Notes: generated by a model from the letters alone, not told the origin. A DNA stretch of 64,000 nt from an uncultured Alphaproteobacteria bacterium (GCA_947175875.1 CAMWON010000002.1:80357-144356); one strand, 5' to 3'. Shown: positions 34,007 to 43,444, counted from the stretch's first letter. Numbers and translations are program-made.

Positions 34007-35890
34007 ATGGCTGAAAAATTTAGAAAGATTGTGAACGCGCCGCACAAGGCATTCGGACGCGCGCGCAAAAATATCGCAAAGATGACGCCGACAACTAAAA
34101 AGGGCAAGGCGGTGCGCGCCGCCGGCGTGGCGATGACGGGGATGTTTCAATTTCTGCTGTGGGCGCTGAAATACGCGGCGCTGGACAATCATGCGACGCG
34201 CGCGATGGAACGGGGCTTTGGAAACATGACCGTCGGCAAAAATAAGGACGGAAAAGATAAAAAGCTGTCCGCGTTTGCGAAAAAGTATCCGAATCTGTCG
34301 TCGCATATGCTGTATTACATGATGCTGGGGGCGGCGGCAATCGCCACGCCGCATGCGTATGACGCGTTGACCAACGAGGGGGAGGAAAACGACAAAATCG
34401 AAAGCATGGCGGAAATTCCGTTCGGCCAGCCGGGGACATACGGCGCATATCTGGACCGCATGCGTTCGATAACGCCGCTGTTGATTGCGGACCTGATTGC
34501 AAAAGAGGGCGTTCATATGGACGACCAGGGACGCCATACGCCGTACAAGGATTCCAACGGAATACCGACAATCGGATTCGGCTCTACCGTTCTAAAGGAC
34601 GGCAGCAAGGTCACAATGAAAACACCGCCCATTTCAACCGAGGAGGCGTACGAGCTGGCGCGGTGGCATCTGGAGCAGGGCGAGACTTATTTCGTTATGT
34701 ACTGTTATGACGTGGCGATGGAAAATGTGAACATCAACACCACCAACGAGGCGTTCGGAATGGCCTCTATCGTTTATAATGCGTACTCAAAGTTAATTGA
34801 AAATCCAAAGGACACGTCGCATCAAAAGCGCTTTGAAAAATTGCGCGAAATATATGACCAGTACGGCCTGGCGACGCCCGATTCGTTGATTGTTGATGCT
34901 TTCGCGCAGTATCCGGTAAAGGACATGCGCAGCTTTGGCGAAAAGTGGCTGGGCGGGGCGCCCGTGCAGACAACGGCGAACATGCTGGGGAACTTTCTGG
35001 CGGACGGACGCGGAATGTACTGGCGCCGCTGGCTGGAGGCGGGAATGCTGACCGGCGATATCACGCCAGAGATGATGCTGGATTGTCCGGCAAACGGAAT
35101 GTACGAATTTTTTAAGGTCATGAAAGAAAAGAAAAGCGCGTTCTTTATCGGCGACGGCGAAAACCGCCGCGTCAACAAGGAGACGTATGCAAGGTTTAAA
35201 GAATGGCTGGCCAACCCTGTGAACGAACGCGGCGAGCGCTTGGGCGAAAAGAATTTCCCGCGTGTTCGTAATCTGCTGCCGGCCGATGTGCGCGTCATGT
35301 GTGAAAGCGGGCACTGTAAATTGGGCGACGTTGAATTTATCGCCCAGTTCACCGCCACCCCCGCCCAGCAGGAGGCCGAGACCGCATCATATGTAATCGG
35401 ATATGACGAACAGTATCGCCAGGCGGTCGGCGCATTCCGCGCGGGCGATTATGACGGCGCACTGGCCCAGTATCTGAAAATGGCGGAGGAATATCCGAAC
35501 AACGCCTTGATTCACAACGACCTGGCGGCGACGTACAACCAGCTGGGGCGCTATGACGATGCGATTAAACATGCGCGCATCATCATAAACGAAATCGGCG
35601 ACAAGAGCCAGTACGGTGCCGCCCAGTACAACGCCGGATTCGCGTACGAACAAAAGGGCGATTTGCAAAAGGCGCTGGCGAATTATAAACTGGCGCTGGC
35701 CAACGGGAACAGACGCGTGCAAAAAGACATAACGCGCGTGTCACAGCAATTGAAGTCACAGCAGAAGGGGCGCGGTAAAAAATCGGCCAAGACCGCATAT
35801 GAGCGTGGTGCGAAAAAGCTTGGAAACAATGCACATAGCGCGGATTTTGATATGTTAAGTGCGACGCATGGCGGCCACGGTATGGCGTAG
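34007..35890 (+). CDS. Membrane-anchored T4-type lysozyme (GH24-like) domain protein with C-terminal TPR repeats
   Basis: One N-terminal TM (AVRAAGVAMTGMFQFLLWAL). KEGVHMDDQGRHTPYKDSNGIPTIGFGST matches the T4 lysozyme catalytic block E11-G...Y18-K-D20....T26-I-G-x-G. C-terminal TPR-like repeats (YPNNALIHNDLAATYNQLGRYDDAIKHARI; YNAGFAYEQKGDLQKALANYKLAL). Confidence 0.6.
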   Translation: MAEKFRKIVNAPHKAFGRARKNIAKMTPTTKKGKAVRAAGVAMTGMFQFLLWALKYAALDNHATRAMERGFGNMTVGKNKDGKDKKLSAFAKKYPNLSSHMLYYMMLGAAAIATPHAYDALTNEGEENDKIESMAEIPFGQPGTYGAYLDRMRSITPLLIADLIAKEGVHMDDQGRHTPYKDSNGIPTIGFGSTVLKDGSKVTMKTPPISTEEAYELARWHLEQGETYFVMYCYDVAMENVNINTTNEAFGMASIVYNAYSKLIENPKDTSHQKRFEKLREIYDQYGLATPDSLIVDAFAQYPVKDMRSFGEKWLGGAPVQTTANMLGNFLADGRGMYWRRWLEAGMLTGDITPEMMLDCPANGMYEFFKVMKEKKSAFFIGDGENRRVNKETYARFKEWLANPVNERGERLGEKNFPRVRNLLPADVRVMCESGHCKLGDVEFIAQFTATPAQQEAETASYVIGYDEQYRQAVGAFRAGDYDGALAQYLKMAEEYPNNALIHNDLAATYNQLGRYDDAIKHARIIINEIGDKSQYGAAQYNAGFAYEQKGDLQKALANYKLALANGNRRVQKDITRVSQQLKSQQKGRGKKSAKTAYERGAKKLGNNAHSADFDMLSATHGGHGMA

Positions 35891-35909
35891 CGGCGGGGGA
35901 TATGCAGAA

Positions 35910-37853
35910 ATGAAAGTGTATGTAAATTACGACGATGCGCGCTGGAGAAAATATAAAATAGATTTCCGGCACATTGCCGCCGCCGCGGGGCCGCGCCGCC
36001 CGGGGGCGGAGGTGTCGATAACATTGGTCGATGACGCGACGATACATCGGCTGAACAAAGAATACCGCGACATGGACAAGCCGACGAACGTTTTGTCGTT
36101 TGAACTGGGCGACGAGATGTTGTTGGGGGATATTTACATATCGCTGGACACGGTTGCGCGCGAGGCGGCGGCGGCCGGCATATCGGTTGCCGAACACACC
36201 GCGCATATGGTTGTGCACGGGATGCTGCACCTGCAGGGGTACGACCATATCCGTGATGACCAGGCCGCGGTCATGGAATCGTGCGAGGTGGAGATTCTTA
36301 AAAAATTGGGAATAAAAAATCCGTATGCGGACGAGGCGCCGTCGCGCGCGCGCGGCATGCGCGGATGGGTGCGCGCGCTGTGCCTGGCGCTGGCCGGGGC
36401 GGCGGCGTCATTCGGTTTTGCGCCGTTTCATCTGTGGCCGGTGACAATGCTGGCGATTGGGGCGGCATACTGGATTTTGACGTCCGCACCGCGCGCGGGC
36501 GTTGCACGGACGTTTCTGCGCGCCGCGCCGTTCGGTGCGGCATACGGCGTCGCCATGTTTTGGTGGGCGCTTAGCTCCATATACGTTGTGCCCGAACTGG
36601 CGCGTCAGTTTGCAATTTGGACCGTGCCGGGATTGCTGGGGCTGGGGCTGGCCGGTGCGCTGGTGTTTTCGATTCCGTTTGTCGCGGCGACGCGCGCGCG
36701 CGGCGCATCGCGCATATTTGTGTTTGCAGGCGTATGGACGGCGGTGCTGTGGGCGCGTGAATGGATGTTTACCGGATTTCCGTGGAATCCGATTGCGAAC
36801 ATCATGTTGCCCGTGTCGGTAATCGCAAATTCAATGGCGTTGTTCGGGGCGCTGGGGTTGACGTTTGTTCTTGTCGGAATCATTGCGGGCGCGGTTGAAA
36901 TTATGCGTGATAAAAAATGCGCTATGTGCTGGATTTCGTGGCTTGCGTTCATTTTGATGTTGTGCGGTGGCACTATGTACGGACGGCGTAATATTTATAA
37001 GTCGGATGCTATGCCGGATGCGCCAGGGCCACTGGTCCGCGTGGTGCAGCCGGCGACGTCCCAGGACCAAAAAATGTCTTATTCGCGCGCCGACGCCGTT
37101 GCGCGTGCAGAGCGTAATGTGCGAAATCTGTTGGCGCTGGGGGCGGGGGGCGACGGTGCGCGGCCGGATTTGATTGTTTATCCGGAAACGACGTATCCGT
37201 TTGTCATAACCGACGACGACATGCCTTTTTCAAAGATTTTGGATACAAACGTTATTTTGGGCGCGACGTCGTATCGTGACGGGCGGCTGTACAATTCCAT
37301 GATTGTGGCGGACAGGGCGGGGCGCGTCGTGCATGCATATGACAAGGCGCATCTGGTGCCGTTCGGCGAATACGGTCCGCTTGGGATAATGCCGTCGCCG
37401 GCCAATCTGGCCAGCGGCACGGGGCGGGTCGCGCTGGATATCGACGCGGGTGACGGACGCTTTGTTTTTGCGCCGGCGATATGTTATGAAATTATTTTCT
37501 CCGATTCGCTTATCCCGGCCGGCGTCACGCCGAACGCGATAATAAACATTACCAATGACACATGGTTTGGGCGCACGCCCGGCACGTACCAGCATCTGGA
37601 CATGGTGCGCCGATATGCAATCGAGTCCGGCGTGCCGGTTATCCGTGCGAATTATTCCGGAATCAGCGCGTTTGTGGCGCCAGACGGCCGTGTGACGTCA
37701 ATGCTGCCCGTGGGGCAGACGGGCGTTTTGGACGGACGCGTGAACGGGGCGCACATGACGGCGTATCGCGCACTTGGGCGCGACGCATGGATTTTGATAA
37801 TTTTGATTGTGGCGTCCGTCGGCGCGGCGGCGGGCGCGCGGCGTCGCGATTAA
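35910..37853 (+). CDS. Single in-frame ORF fusing a YbeY endoribonuclease domain with an apolipoprotein N-acyltransferase (Lnt) domain
   Basis: N-terminal MKVYVNYDD...HGMLHLQGYDH (YbeY H3xH5xH metal site). From about 36355, MRGWVRALCLALAGAAASFGFAPF... carries Lnt TM helices and the CN-hydrolase domain (E...K...C triad region ICYEIIF). No stop codon separates the two. The upstream extension to 35859 overlaps the preceding gene, so the ATG at 35910 is preferred. Confidence 0.6.
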   Translation: MKVYVNYDDARWRKYKIDFRHIAAAAGPRRPGAEVSITLVDDATIHRLNKEYRDMDKPTNVLSFELGDEMLLGDIYISLDTVAREAAAAGISVAEHTAHMVVHGMLHLQGYDHIRDDQAAVMESCEVEILKKLGIKNPYADEAPSRARGMRGWVRALCLALAGAAASFGFAPFHLWPVTMLAIGAAYWILTSAPRAGVARTFLRAAPFGAAYGVAMFWWALSSIYVVPELARQFAIWTVPGLLGLGLAGALVFSIPFVAATRARGASRIFVFAGVWTAVLWAREWMFTGFPWNPIANIMLPVSVIANSMALFGALGLTFVLVGIIAGAVEIMRDKKCAMCWISWLAFILMLCGGTMYGRRNIYKSDAMPDAPGPLVRVVQPATSQDQKMSYSRADAVARAERNVRNLLALGAGGDGARPDLIVYPETTYPFVITDDDMPFSKILDTNVILGATSYRDGRLYNSMIVADRAGRVVHAYDKAHLVPFGEYGPLGIMPSPANLASGTGRVALDIDAGDGRFVFAPAICYEIIFSDSLIPAGVTPNAIINITNDTWFGRTPGTYQHLDMVRRYAIESGVPVIRANYSGISAFVAPDGRVTSMLPVGQTGVLDGRVNGAHMTAYRALGRDAWILIILIVASVGAAAGARRRD

Positions 37854-38047
37854 ATTTTGTTTTGCAGAATCCACACGCGGATTGCCGACGACAGATTGCG
37901 CGTTCCGCGCGCCGAATCTATGTCGCCGATTATTGCGGCCACTGCGCGACCGCGCGTCCGTGCGATTTCACGCAGGGCCGTGATAAATTCAGGCTCTATT
38001 GAAACGCTGGTCTGGTGGCCGGATAAAGATACTGATAATTTTTTCAT
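37850..38047 (-). CDS. Small ribbon-helix-helix protein (RHH_4-like, alphaproteobacterial family)
   Basis: MKKLSVSLSGHQTSVSIEPEFITALREIARTRGRAVAAIIGDIDSARGTRNLSSAIRVWIL matches the SVxLxGHxTSVSLEPEFWxAL...NLSSALRVxxL pattern of RHH_4 proteins. Confidence 0.5.
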   Translation of the reverse strand: MKKLSVSLSGHQTSVSIEPEFITALREIARTRGRAVAAIIGDIDSARGTRNLSSAIRVWILQNKI

Positions 38048-38054
38048 TTTGTCC

Positions 38055-38489
38055 CTATAACTTGCCCGCCGCCAGACAGTCCGTCATGGCGCGGTACATG
38101 TCGTCGTATTTTCGCAGTATGCGCAGCGACAGATTGTCCAGCATATAGAAGGCGCCGAATGTGTCGAACGCAAAAAAGAACAAATCATTGCGTCCGAAAA
38201 TCGTTTTCCCGTACATTGATGCGATATGCGCCATGTCTCGGTTGACGTCAACGATTGACGGGACGGGATGCGTGGTGCCGCGCTGAATCTCGGCCGGGCC
38301 AAAAATGTATCCCGCGCCGTTTATGATTCCGCCGGTGACGGCGAACAGTTCCTGCAGGGCTATCGGCAGCATGGCCGCCCGCATCCCCTGCAACAACAGG
38401 TTTGTCGTCGCGATATCGCGTGCGGGGCGGGGGGCGGTTATTTCCATGCCGCGTGCGCGCAGTGTTGAAATAAATTCGTCGCGTGTCAT
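38055..38489 (-). CDS. Hypothetical protein (144 aa)
   Basis: ORF in an operon context 8 bp upstream of the RHH gene. No recognised motif. Confidence 0.45.
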   Translation of the reverse strand: MTRDEFISTLRARGMEITAPRPARDIATTNLLLQGMRAAMLPIALQELFAVTGGIINGAGYIFGPAEIQRGTTHPVPSIVDVNRDMAHIASMYGKTIFGRNDLFFFAFDTFGAFYMLDNLSLRILRKYDDMYRAMTDCLAAGKL

Positions 38490-38507
38490 TTTTGTGCCGC
38501 CTTTGGT

Positions 38508-39014
38508 TTATTCCATGCCCCGGCTTGTCGCAATCTGGGCCGCAATCTGGGACAGGCGGTCTTCTGTTGCGTTGCCGCCGTCGCCGCCGCCGCCGGTATG
38601 CGCGGGTATGTATATTTTTTTTGCAGGCGCGGGCAGCCATACGGTGTCATGGCCCGTCTGGCCGATAATGAATCTGTCAATGTTTTGCGAGTGCGGAAAT
38701 GTTGCGCACATGAACATGTTTTCAGGGGATATTTCGCCCCCCCACGCCATCGGCGTGCGCATGCGAATTGACATGTTTTTCGGAATTGCCGCGCCCGTTA
38801 CCAGGGCCATGAATTCATCCTGGCTTAAATTCATAAAGGCCAGTTCTTCGACAGAGTCCGTTAAACTTTGCATAAAGCGGTGGCGGGCGGTGCGATACCG
38901 CTGGAACCAGTCGGCGGGAACCTGATGCGGCACGGGACGCACCGCCACCAGCGGCATGTCATCCATGCCAAGGTCCATTATGATTTTTTCGGCCGATGCC
39001 TGGCTTAGCTGCAT
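38508..39014 (-). CDS. Hypothetical protein (168 aa)
   Basis: ORF whose start overlaps the stop of the upstream membrane-protein gene at 39014. Gly-rich C-terminal segment (HTGGGGDGGNATEDR). No recognised motif. Confidence 0.45.
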   Translation of the reverse strand: MQLSQASAEKIIMDLGMDDMPLVAVRPVPHQVPADWFQRYRTARHRFMQSLTDSVEELAFMNLSQDEFMALVTGAAIPKNMSIRMRTPMAWGGEISPENMFMCATFPHSQNIDRFIIGQTGHDTVWLPAPAKKIYIPAHTGGGGDGGNATEDRLSQIAAQIATSRGME

Positions 39015-39913
39015 TATGTTTTATCCATATAGTTTATGACGGTGTCGATATATTCCGAATACGCGTCAAAGTTTTCCCGGCCGTCCGCATCTTCGGGCGG
39101 GGTGTTTTTATGTGCCGCCATGTATTCGGCCAGTGCGTCTGTATCCGGGAATGTTAAAATATTGTTGTCGGATACCGCGCCGGCGGGTGCGATTATAAAT
39201 CCATAAATGTTTATCTGTATGTCGTCAAGGGTGTCGGAAAACACGGTGCCCAATCGTTCCATTGCCGCGGCCAAGGGTGCCTGGTCGATGCCGACGCCGC
39301 CCATCCACAGTGTTTCGGATGTGCCGATGGCAAATACCGCCGGCTTAAAGTTTCCGATTTGCGGACTGCGCTTTACGCTGTATCCGGCGCGGTCAAAGAT
39401 ATCGCGCAGGTCGTCAAAATTTAGCGTGTTTGCCGCGGGGCCGTGCGGCGGCGCCGGTGTCACGGTCGGTGTGGTGGTGGTTGCCGGTTGGAGCGATTGT
39501 GCCGCGGGCGGCGTGATGCGGGGCGGGCGCCGCATTTGTGACGCGGCCGGGCGCGGTGCGGCCGGTGCAATCGGTGTGTCCGCGGCGGGGGTCGGTTCGG
39601 GGGTGACGGTCGGCGTTGTCACGGCGGCGGTCTTGTTCCGGGCGCGCCCGATGCCGATGCGCCGGCGTAAAATTCCCTTTGGACGGATAAGTATGTAAAG
39701 AACGGCAATGGTAATTACGATTGCGCTGGTCAGCGATATATAGAATGCCGGGCGAATTGGTGTCTGGGATGCTTGCAGATATGCCAGATACTGCCAATGC
39801 TGGGCCGAGAAGATATTAAAACCAAACACGGTGCCCAGCCAGAAACTGGTCCCCAGAGTCGCCGCCAGCAGCCAAAGCAGGCAGATTAAAATACGTTCTA
39901 TTTTTTTGTTCAT
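39014..39913 (-). CDS. Membrane protein (2 N-terminal TM helices, Pro/Thr-rich linker, C-terminal globular domain), unknown function
   Basis: MNKKIERILICLLWLLAATLGTSFWLGTVF... then ~90 aa of TPTVTPEPTPAAD-type linker, then a conserved-looking 130-aa C-terminal domain. First gene of a four-gene minus-strand operon. Confidence 0.5.
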   Translation of the reverse strand: MNKKIERILICLLWLLAATLGTSFWLGTVFGFNIFSAQHWQYLAYLQASQTPIRPAFYISLTSAIVITIAVLYILIRPKGILRRRIGIGRARNKTAAVTTPTVTPEPTPAADTPIAPAAPRPAASQMRRPPRITPPAAQSLQPATTTTPTVTPAPPHGPAANTLNFDDLRDIFDRAGYSVKRSPQIGNFKPAVFAIGTSETLWMGGVGIDQAPLAAAMERLGTVFSDTLDDIQINIYGFIIAPAGAVSDNNILTFPDTDALAEYMAAHKNTPPEDADGRENFDAYSEYIDTVINYMDKT

Positions 39914-39923
39914 TTGTCTTTGA

Positions 39924-40643
39924 TTGTATCATATTTGTGGTAAAGTAAAAAGTATAATGATGGCAACGGACGCTTTTTTTGACGAGGTATCAGCGAATAT
40001 GGCCCTGTGGTGCGAGGGTGGTTTTGAGGCGGGCGAACTGGCGCGTGTGGCGTCTGCGGCGGCGGCCCAGACCATGCCCGTGATATCCGCGCTGCCGGCC
40101 GATGTGCCGATGCTGTGGACGTGGCTGGAAAAGACGACGGTCAGAATTTATTCCCGTTTTTATCTGCCGGCGCGCGGTGCGCGTGACGAAAAGGCGATGT
40201 CCGATTTAACCGCGCGGGTAAACGCCGCCTTTAAACAGGGGGCGCATGGGGCACAAATTTTTATGCGTGCGGCGGATTTGACCGATTTTGCAAATGAAAT
40301 AGGCGCGGTGCGCGACGATTTGTTCTTTAACCGTGAACTGGCTGTCGGCATTGATATCGCAGAGGTCGGACCGTTTGACTGGCCCGCGGTGTTCGATGCG
40401 GTGCGCCGCCTGCGGGCGGGGGCGCTGGTGTTGGTGCTGACGCGTGATAACGGCGACGCGTCTGATTTTGTCGGGCGGCTGTATGCGGCGGTCGGCGCGG
40501 CGGCGAATGCAAAGTGCGATTTGCACTTTGTTTTGGGAAACAGTCCCGTCCGTATAGAGCAGGCGCTGCGAATGGTTCGTGCGGTGCGGCCGGAAAAGGC
40601 CGGCGGGGTCCGCATTTTTCTGCATACCGGGGGCGAGGCATGA
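39924..40643 (+). CDS. Hypothetical protein (239 aa; start uncertain, alternative Met at 39957)
   Basis: ORF divergent from the four-gene operon with an Ala/Arg-rich soluble protein composition. A tataat overlaps the alternative start. Confidence 0.45.
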   Translation: MYHICGKVKSIMMATDAFFDEVSANMALWCEGGFEAGELARVASAAAAQTMPVISALPADVPMLWTWLEKTTVRIYSRFYLPARGARDEKAMSDLTARVNAAFKQGAHGAQIFMRAADLTDFANEIGAVRDDLFFNRELAVGIDIAEVGPFDWPAVFDAVRRLRAGALVLVLTRDNGDASDFVGRLYAAVGAAANAKCDLHFVLGNSPVRIEQALRMVRAVRPEKAGGVRIFLHTGGEA

Positions 40644-41191
40644 AAAAGATAATATCCGTAATCGTATGTTTGTTACCGACCGGCGCGCTGGCGATGGCCG
40701 ACACAAGTGCGCCCGTATATGGTCGTCCGACATTGTACGGCGAATATGAAATAAGCGCCGGTGACGCACGCCGTGCGGCCGCAATGTACGGCATGGTGCC
40801 GAAAAACGCGGCGGAAAAGATGCCGGTAAAACCGAAAAAGGTAATGCCAAAGAAATCTGTGAAAAAGAAAAAGGCGCGCAGTGCGGTCAAGGCGAAACAA
40901 ACCCTGAAAGAGGCGGCGGTCCAAAAGACCGAGCCGGAGGTTATTGTTGTGCCGCCACGCGCGGTTCCCGAAAAGGCGCCGGCGGAGGTGGTAAAGGAAC
41001 CGCTGCCGGAAAAGAAGGCGCCGATGCCGTCGGCAGAGGCGCTGGCGATTGCGGGGGCGGCGGCGACGCCCGACGCGCCGAGCATCGAATCGTTCTGCAC
41101 GCGCCGCGGTACGCTGCAAAAGGATGCGGGCGACAGCGGGTTGATATTGATGCCGGGCCGGCCCGACTTGATGAGCTGCAGCGACAGATAG
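40640..41191 (+). CDS. Secreted Lys/Pro/Ala-rich protein
   Basis: ATG overlaps the upstream stop (ATGA). Signal peptide MKKIISVIVCLLPTGALAMA; KKVMPKKSVKKKKARSAVKAK and PEKAPAEVVKEPLPEKKAP repeats; C-terminal Cys pair. Confidence 0.5.
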   Translation: MKKIISVIVCLLPTGALAMADTSAPVYGRPTLYGEYEISAGDARRAAAMYGMVPKNAAEKMPVKPKKVMPKKSVKKKKARSAVKAKQTLKEAAVQKTEPEVIVVPPRAVPEKAPAEVVKEPLPEKKAPMPSAEALAIAGAAATPDAPSIESFCTRRGTLQKDAGDSGLILMPGRPDLMSCSDR

Positions 41192-41818
41192 TTATTTGTT
41201 TTTTATGACAATGTATTTTGGCGCGGCGGTTTCGGCCATGTTTTTCGCCTGATATCGTGTTTTTATTATGTCGATTTCCGGCGTTTCAAACGCCAGATTT
41301 GATTCGGCCGCACGCCCGCATATCCAGTCGAAATATTCCCAGTGGTCCGTTCCGATAATTATTTCGCCGTTTGGCGCCAGGTGGCGTGCGAGAGTCTTGA
41401 TAAATTCCGTCTGCAACAGGCGGCGTTTTTCATGTCGCGCCTTTGGCCACGGGTCCGGGTGCAGAACCCATATTTGTTCAAATTTTGCATCGGTGTCGCG
41501 CAACAGATCGCGCACGTCGTCCGGGAATATGCGAATGTTTTTGTATTCCGGCAGAATTTCATTCGTTGTCGCATCGCATATCGCCCCCAGCAGGGCCGCA
41601 ACACCGTTTGCAAACGGTTCGGCGCCGACAATCGTCTTGTCCGGATGGCGCAGTGCCAGCGCGCGCACGTGTTCGCCCGCGCCGAATCCGATTTCCAGTA
41701 TTTGTGCGTCGCCCGCCGGCGCGATGCGCGGCAAAACGTTTTCCATCAGCCATTGTTTGCGCAGCGACAGCCTTTTGCCGTGACGGCGCCCGAAAGTTCT
41801 TATTTCTTGTTTTTCCAT
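41192..41818 (-). CDS. trmB: tRNA (guanine46-N7)-methyltransferase
   Basis: SAM-binding ILEIGFGAGEHVRALA and the TrmB core ...IWVLHPDPWPKARHEKRRL. Confidence 0.85.
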   Translation of the reverse strand: MEKQEIRTFGRRHGKRLSLRKQWLMENVLPRIAPAGDAQILEIGFGAGEHVRALALRHPDKTIVGAEPFANGVAALLGAICDATTNEILPEYKNIRIFPDDVRDLLRDTDAKFEQIWVLHPDPWPKARHEKRRLLQTEFIKTLARHLAPNGEIIIGTDHWEYFDWICGRAAESNLAFETPEIDIIKTRYQAKNMAETAAPKYIVIKNK

Positions 41819-41866
41819 GAAAGCTAGTATAAAATTCCAAAATCAAGAAAACAAGGTTATTTAGAC

Positions 41867-43444
41867 ATGAGACAAGGATTACCGGCCGATTTGATTGCCA
41901 AGATACTGGGTGCGGCCCCGAAATACACGATTGCGGAATTGGAAGAGATGTTTGGACCGCGCGATTTGCCGGACGGCGCGTTTGTCACGCGTTTCGCGCC
42001 CAGTCCCACGGGCTTTATGCATTTGGGCGGGCTGTATGGCGCGCTGATTGACTGTAAGCTGGCGACGCAGACCGGCGGGGTTTTTATGCTGCGTATCGAG
42101 GATACGGACACCAAGCGCGAGGTGGCCAGCGCCGTCGATATAATCGTGGAATCAATGCGCCGATTCGGCCTGCGGTACAATAACGATTCGAAATACGGCC
42201 CGTATTATCAGTCACAGCGCCGTGATATTTATCATTCCGTCGCGGCACATTTAATGGCGACGGGGCGTGCGTATCCGTGCTTTCTGGCGGCGGCGGATAT
42301 GGAAAAAATTCGTGAAAACCAAAAGGCGGCGGGTTTTGCAACCGGCATTTACGGTGAATTTGCGCGTGACCGCGATTTGACGGCCGCGGAGATAGAGGCG
42401 CGTCTGGCGGCCGGTGAAAAGCCGTCCGTGCGTCTGTATTCCGAGGGAAATCCGGAGCGTCGCATTTTCTGCAAAGACGTTGTTCGCGGCAGTATCGGAT
42501 TCCCAGAAAGCAACGAGGACATTGTCTTAATCAAATCGAACGACGGGTTGCCGACGTATCATTTCGCACATCTGTGCGACGACCACTTTATGCGCACGAC
42601 GCATGTGGTGCGCGGGGAAGAGTGGCTGCCGTCGTTCCCGCTGCATGTGGCGCTGTTCCGCATGATGGAATGGACGCCGCCGATGTACATTCACACGTCC
42701 ACAATCGACAAGATTGACGCCGAGACGGGTAAGCAGAGAAAATTATCCAAGCGCAAGGACCCGGAGGCGAACGTCGAGTTCTTTTTGCGCGACGGATGGC
42801 CGGTAGAGGCCGTGCTGGAATACCTGGGCAATATTGCGGCGTCCGGTTACGAGGAGGCCAAGTCCAAGGGCCAGGTAAAATCCATATGGGATTATGAAAT
42901 GCGCCCGAAAAAGATTCCGATGTCGGGTGCGCTGTTCGACATGAAAAAACTGGAATGGTGGGCGAAAGAGTTTATTGCGACACTGGCCGTGTCGGATTTG
43001 ACGTCGCGCGTTGCGGCGTGGGCGGCCGAATACGGCGACGCCCAGCACAAGGCCCAGACGGCGGATACGGATTATCTGGCGGCGGTTCTGGGGATAGAGC
43101 GCGACAATCCGAAACGCATCCGCAAGGATTTTATTACCTGGCGCCAGACGCTGGATACGGTTGCGTTTTTCTGGGACGATTTGTTCGTGCCGAATACAGA
43201 GTTTGAATACAACCGCGACGTGTTGCGTGAATTTTTGAATGTATACGACCCGGCCGACGACAAGGACGCATGGTGGGCAAAGATGGTCGCGATTGCCGAG
43301 ACGCTTGGGATTAAAAACGGCGATGTGGCGATGACGCTGCGCGTGGCGCTGTCGGGACGTACAAACACGCCCGATTTGTATTCAATAATAAATGTTATGG
43401 GACCGGCGCGCGTGCGCGGCAGAATAGAGGGGGCGCTTAAATGA
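41867..43444 (+). CDS. gltX: Glutamate--tRNA ligase
   Basis: RFAPSPTGFMHLGG (HIGH-class motif), catalytic core and a C-terminal anticodon-binding extension (525 aa). Confidence 0.8.
   Translation: MRQGLPADLIAKILGAAPKYTIAELEEMFGPRDLPDGAFVTRFAPSPTGFMHLGGLYGALIDCKLATQTGGVFMLRIEDTDTKREVASAVDIIVESMRRFGLRYNNDSKYGPYYQSQRRDIYHSVAAHLMATGRAYPCFLAAADMEKIRENQKAAGFATGIYGEFARDRDLTAAEIEARLAAGEKPSVRLYSEGNPERRIFCKDVVRGSIGFPESNEDIVLIKSNDGLPTYHFAHLCDDHFMRTTHVVRGEEWLPSFPLHVALFRMMEWTPPMYIHTSTIDKIDAETGKQRKLSKRKDPEANVEFFLRDGWPVEAVLEYLGNIAASGYEEAKSKGQVKSIWDYEMRPKKIPMSGALFDMKKLEWWAKEFIATLAVSDLTSRVAAWAAEYGDAQHKAQTADTDYLAAVLGIERDNPKRIRKDFITWRQTLDTVAFFWDDLFVPNTEFEYNRDVLREFLNVYDPADDKDAWWAKMVAIAETLGIKNGDVAMTLRVALSGRTNTPDLYSIINVMGPARVRGRIEGALK

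Noticed and set aside
35859-35909. Upstream extension of the ybeY-lnt ORF (MRRMAATVWRSGGGYAE)
   Set aside because: It overlaps the 3' end of the preceding lysozyme-TPR gene. The conserved YbeY N-terminus starts at the 35910 Met.
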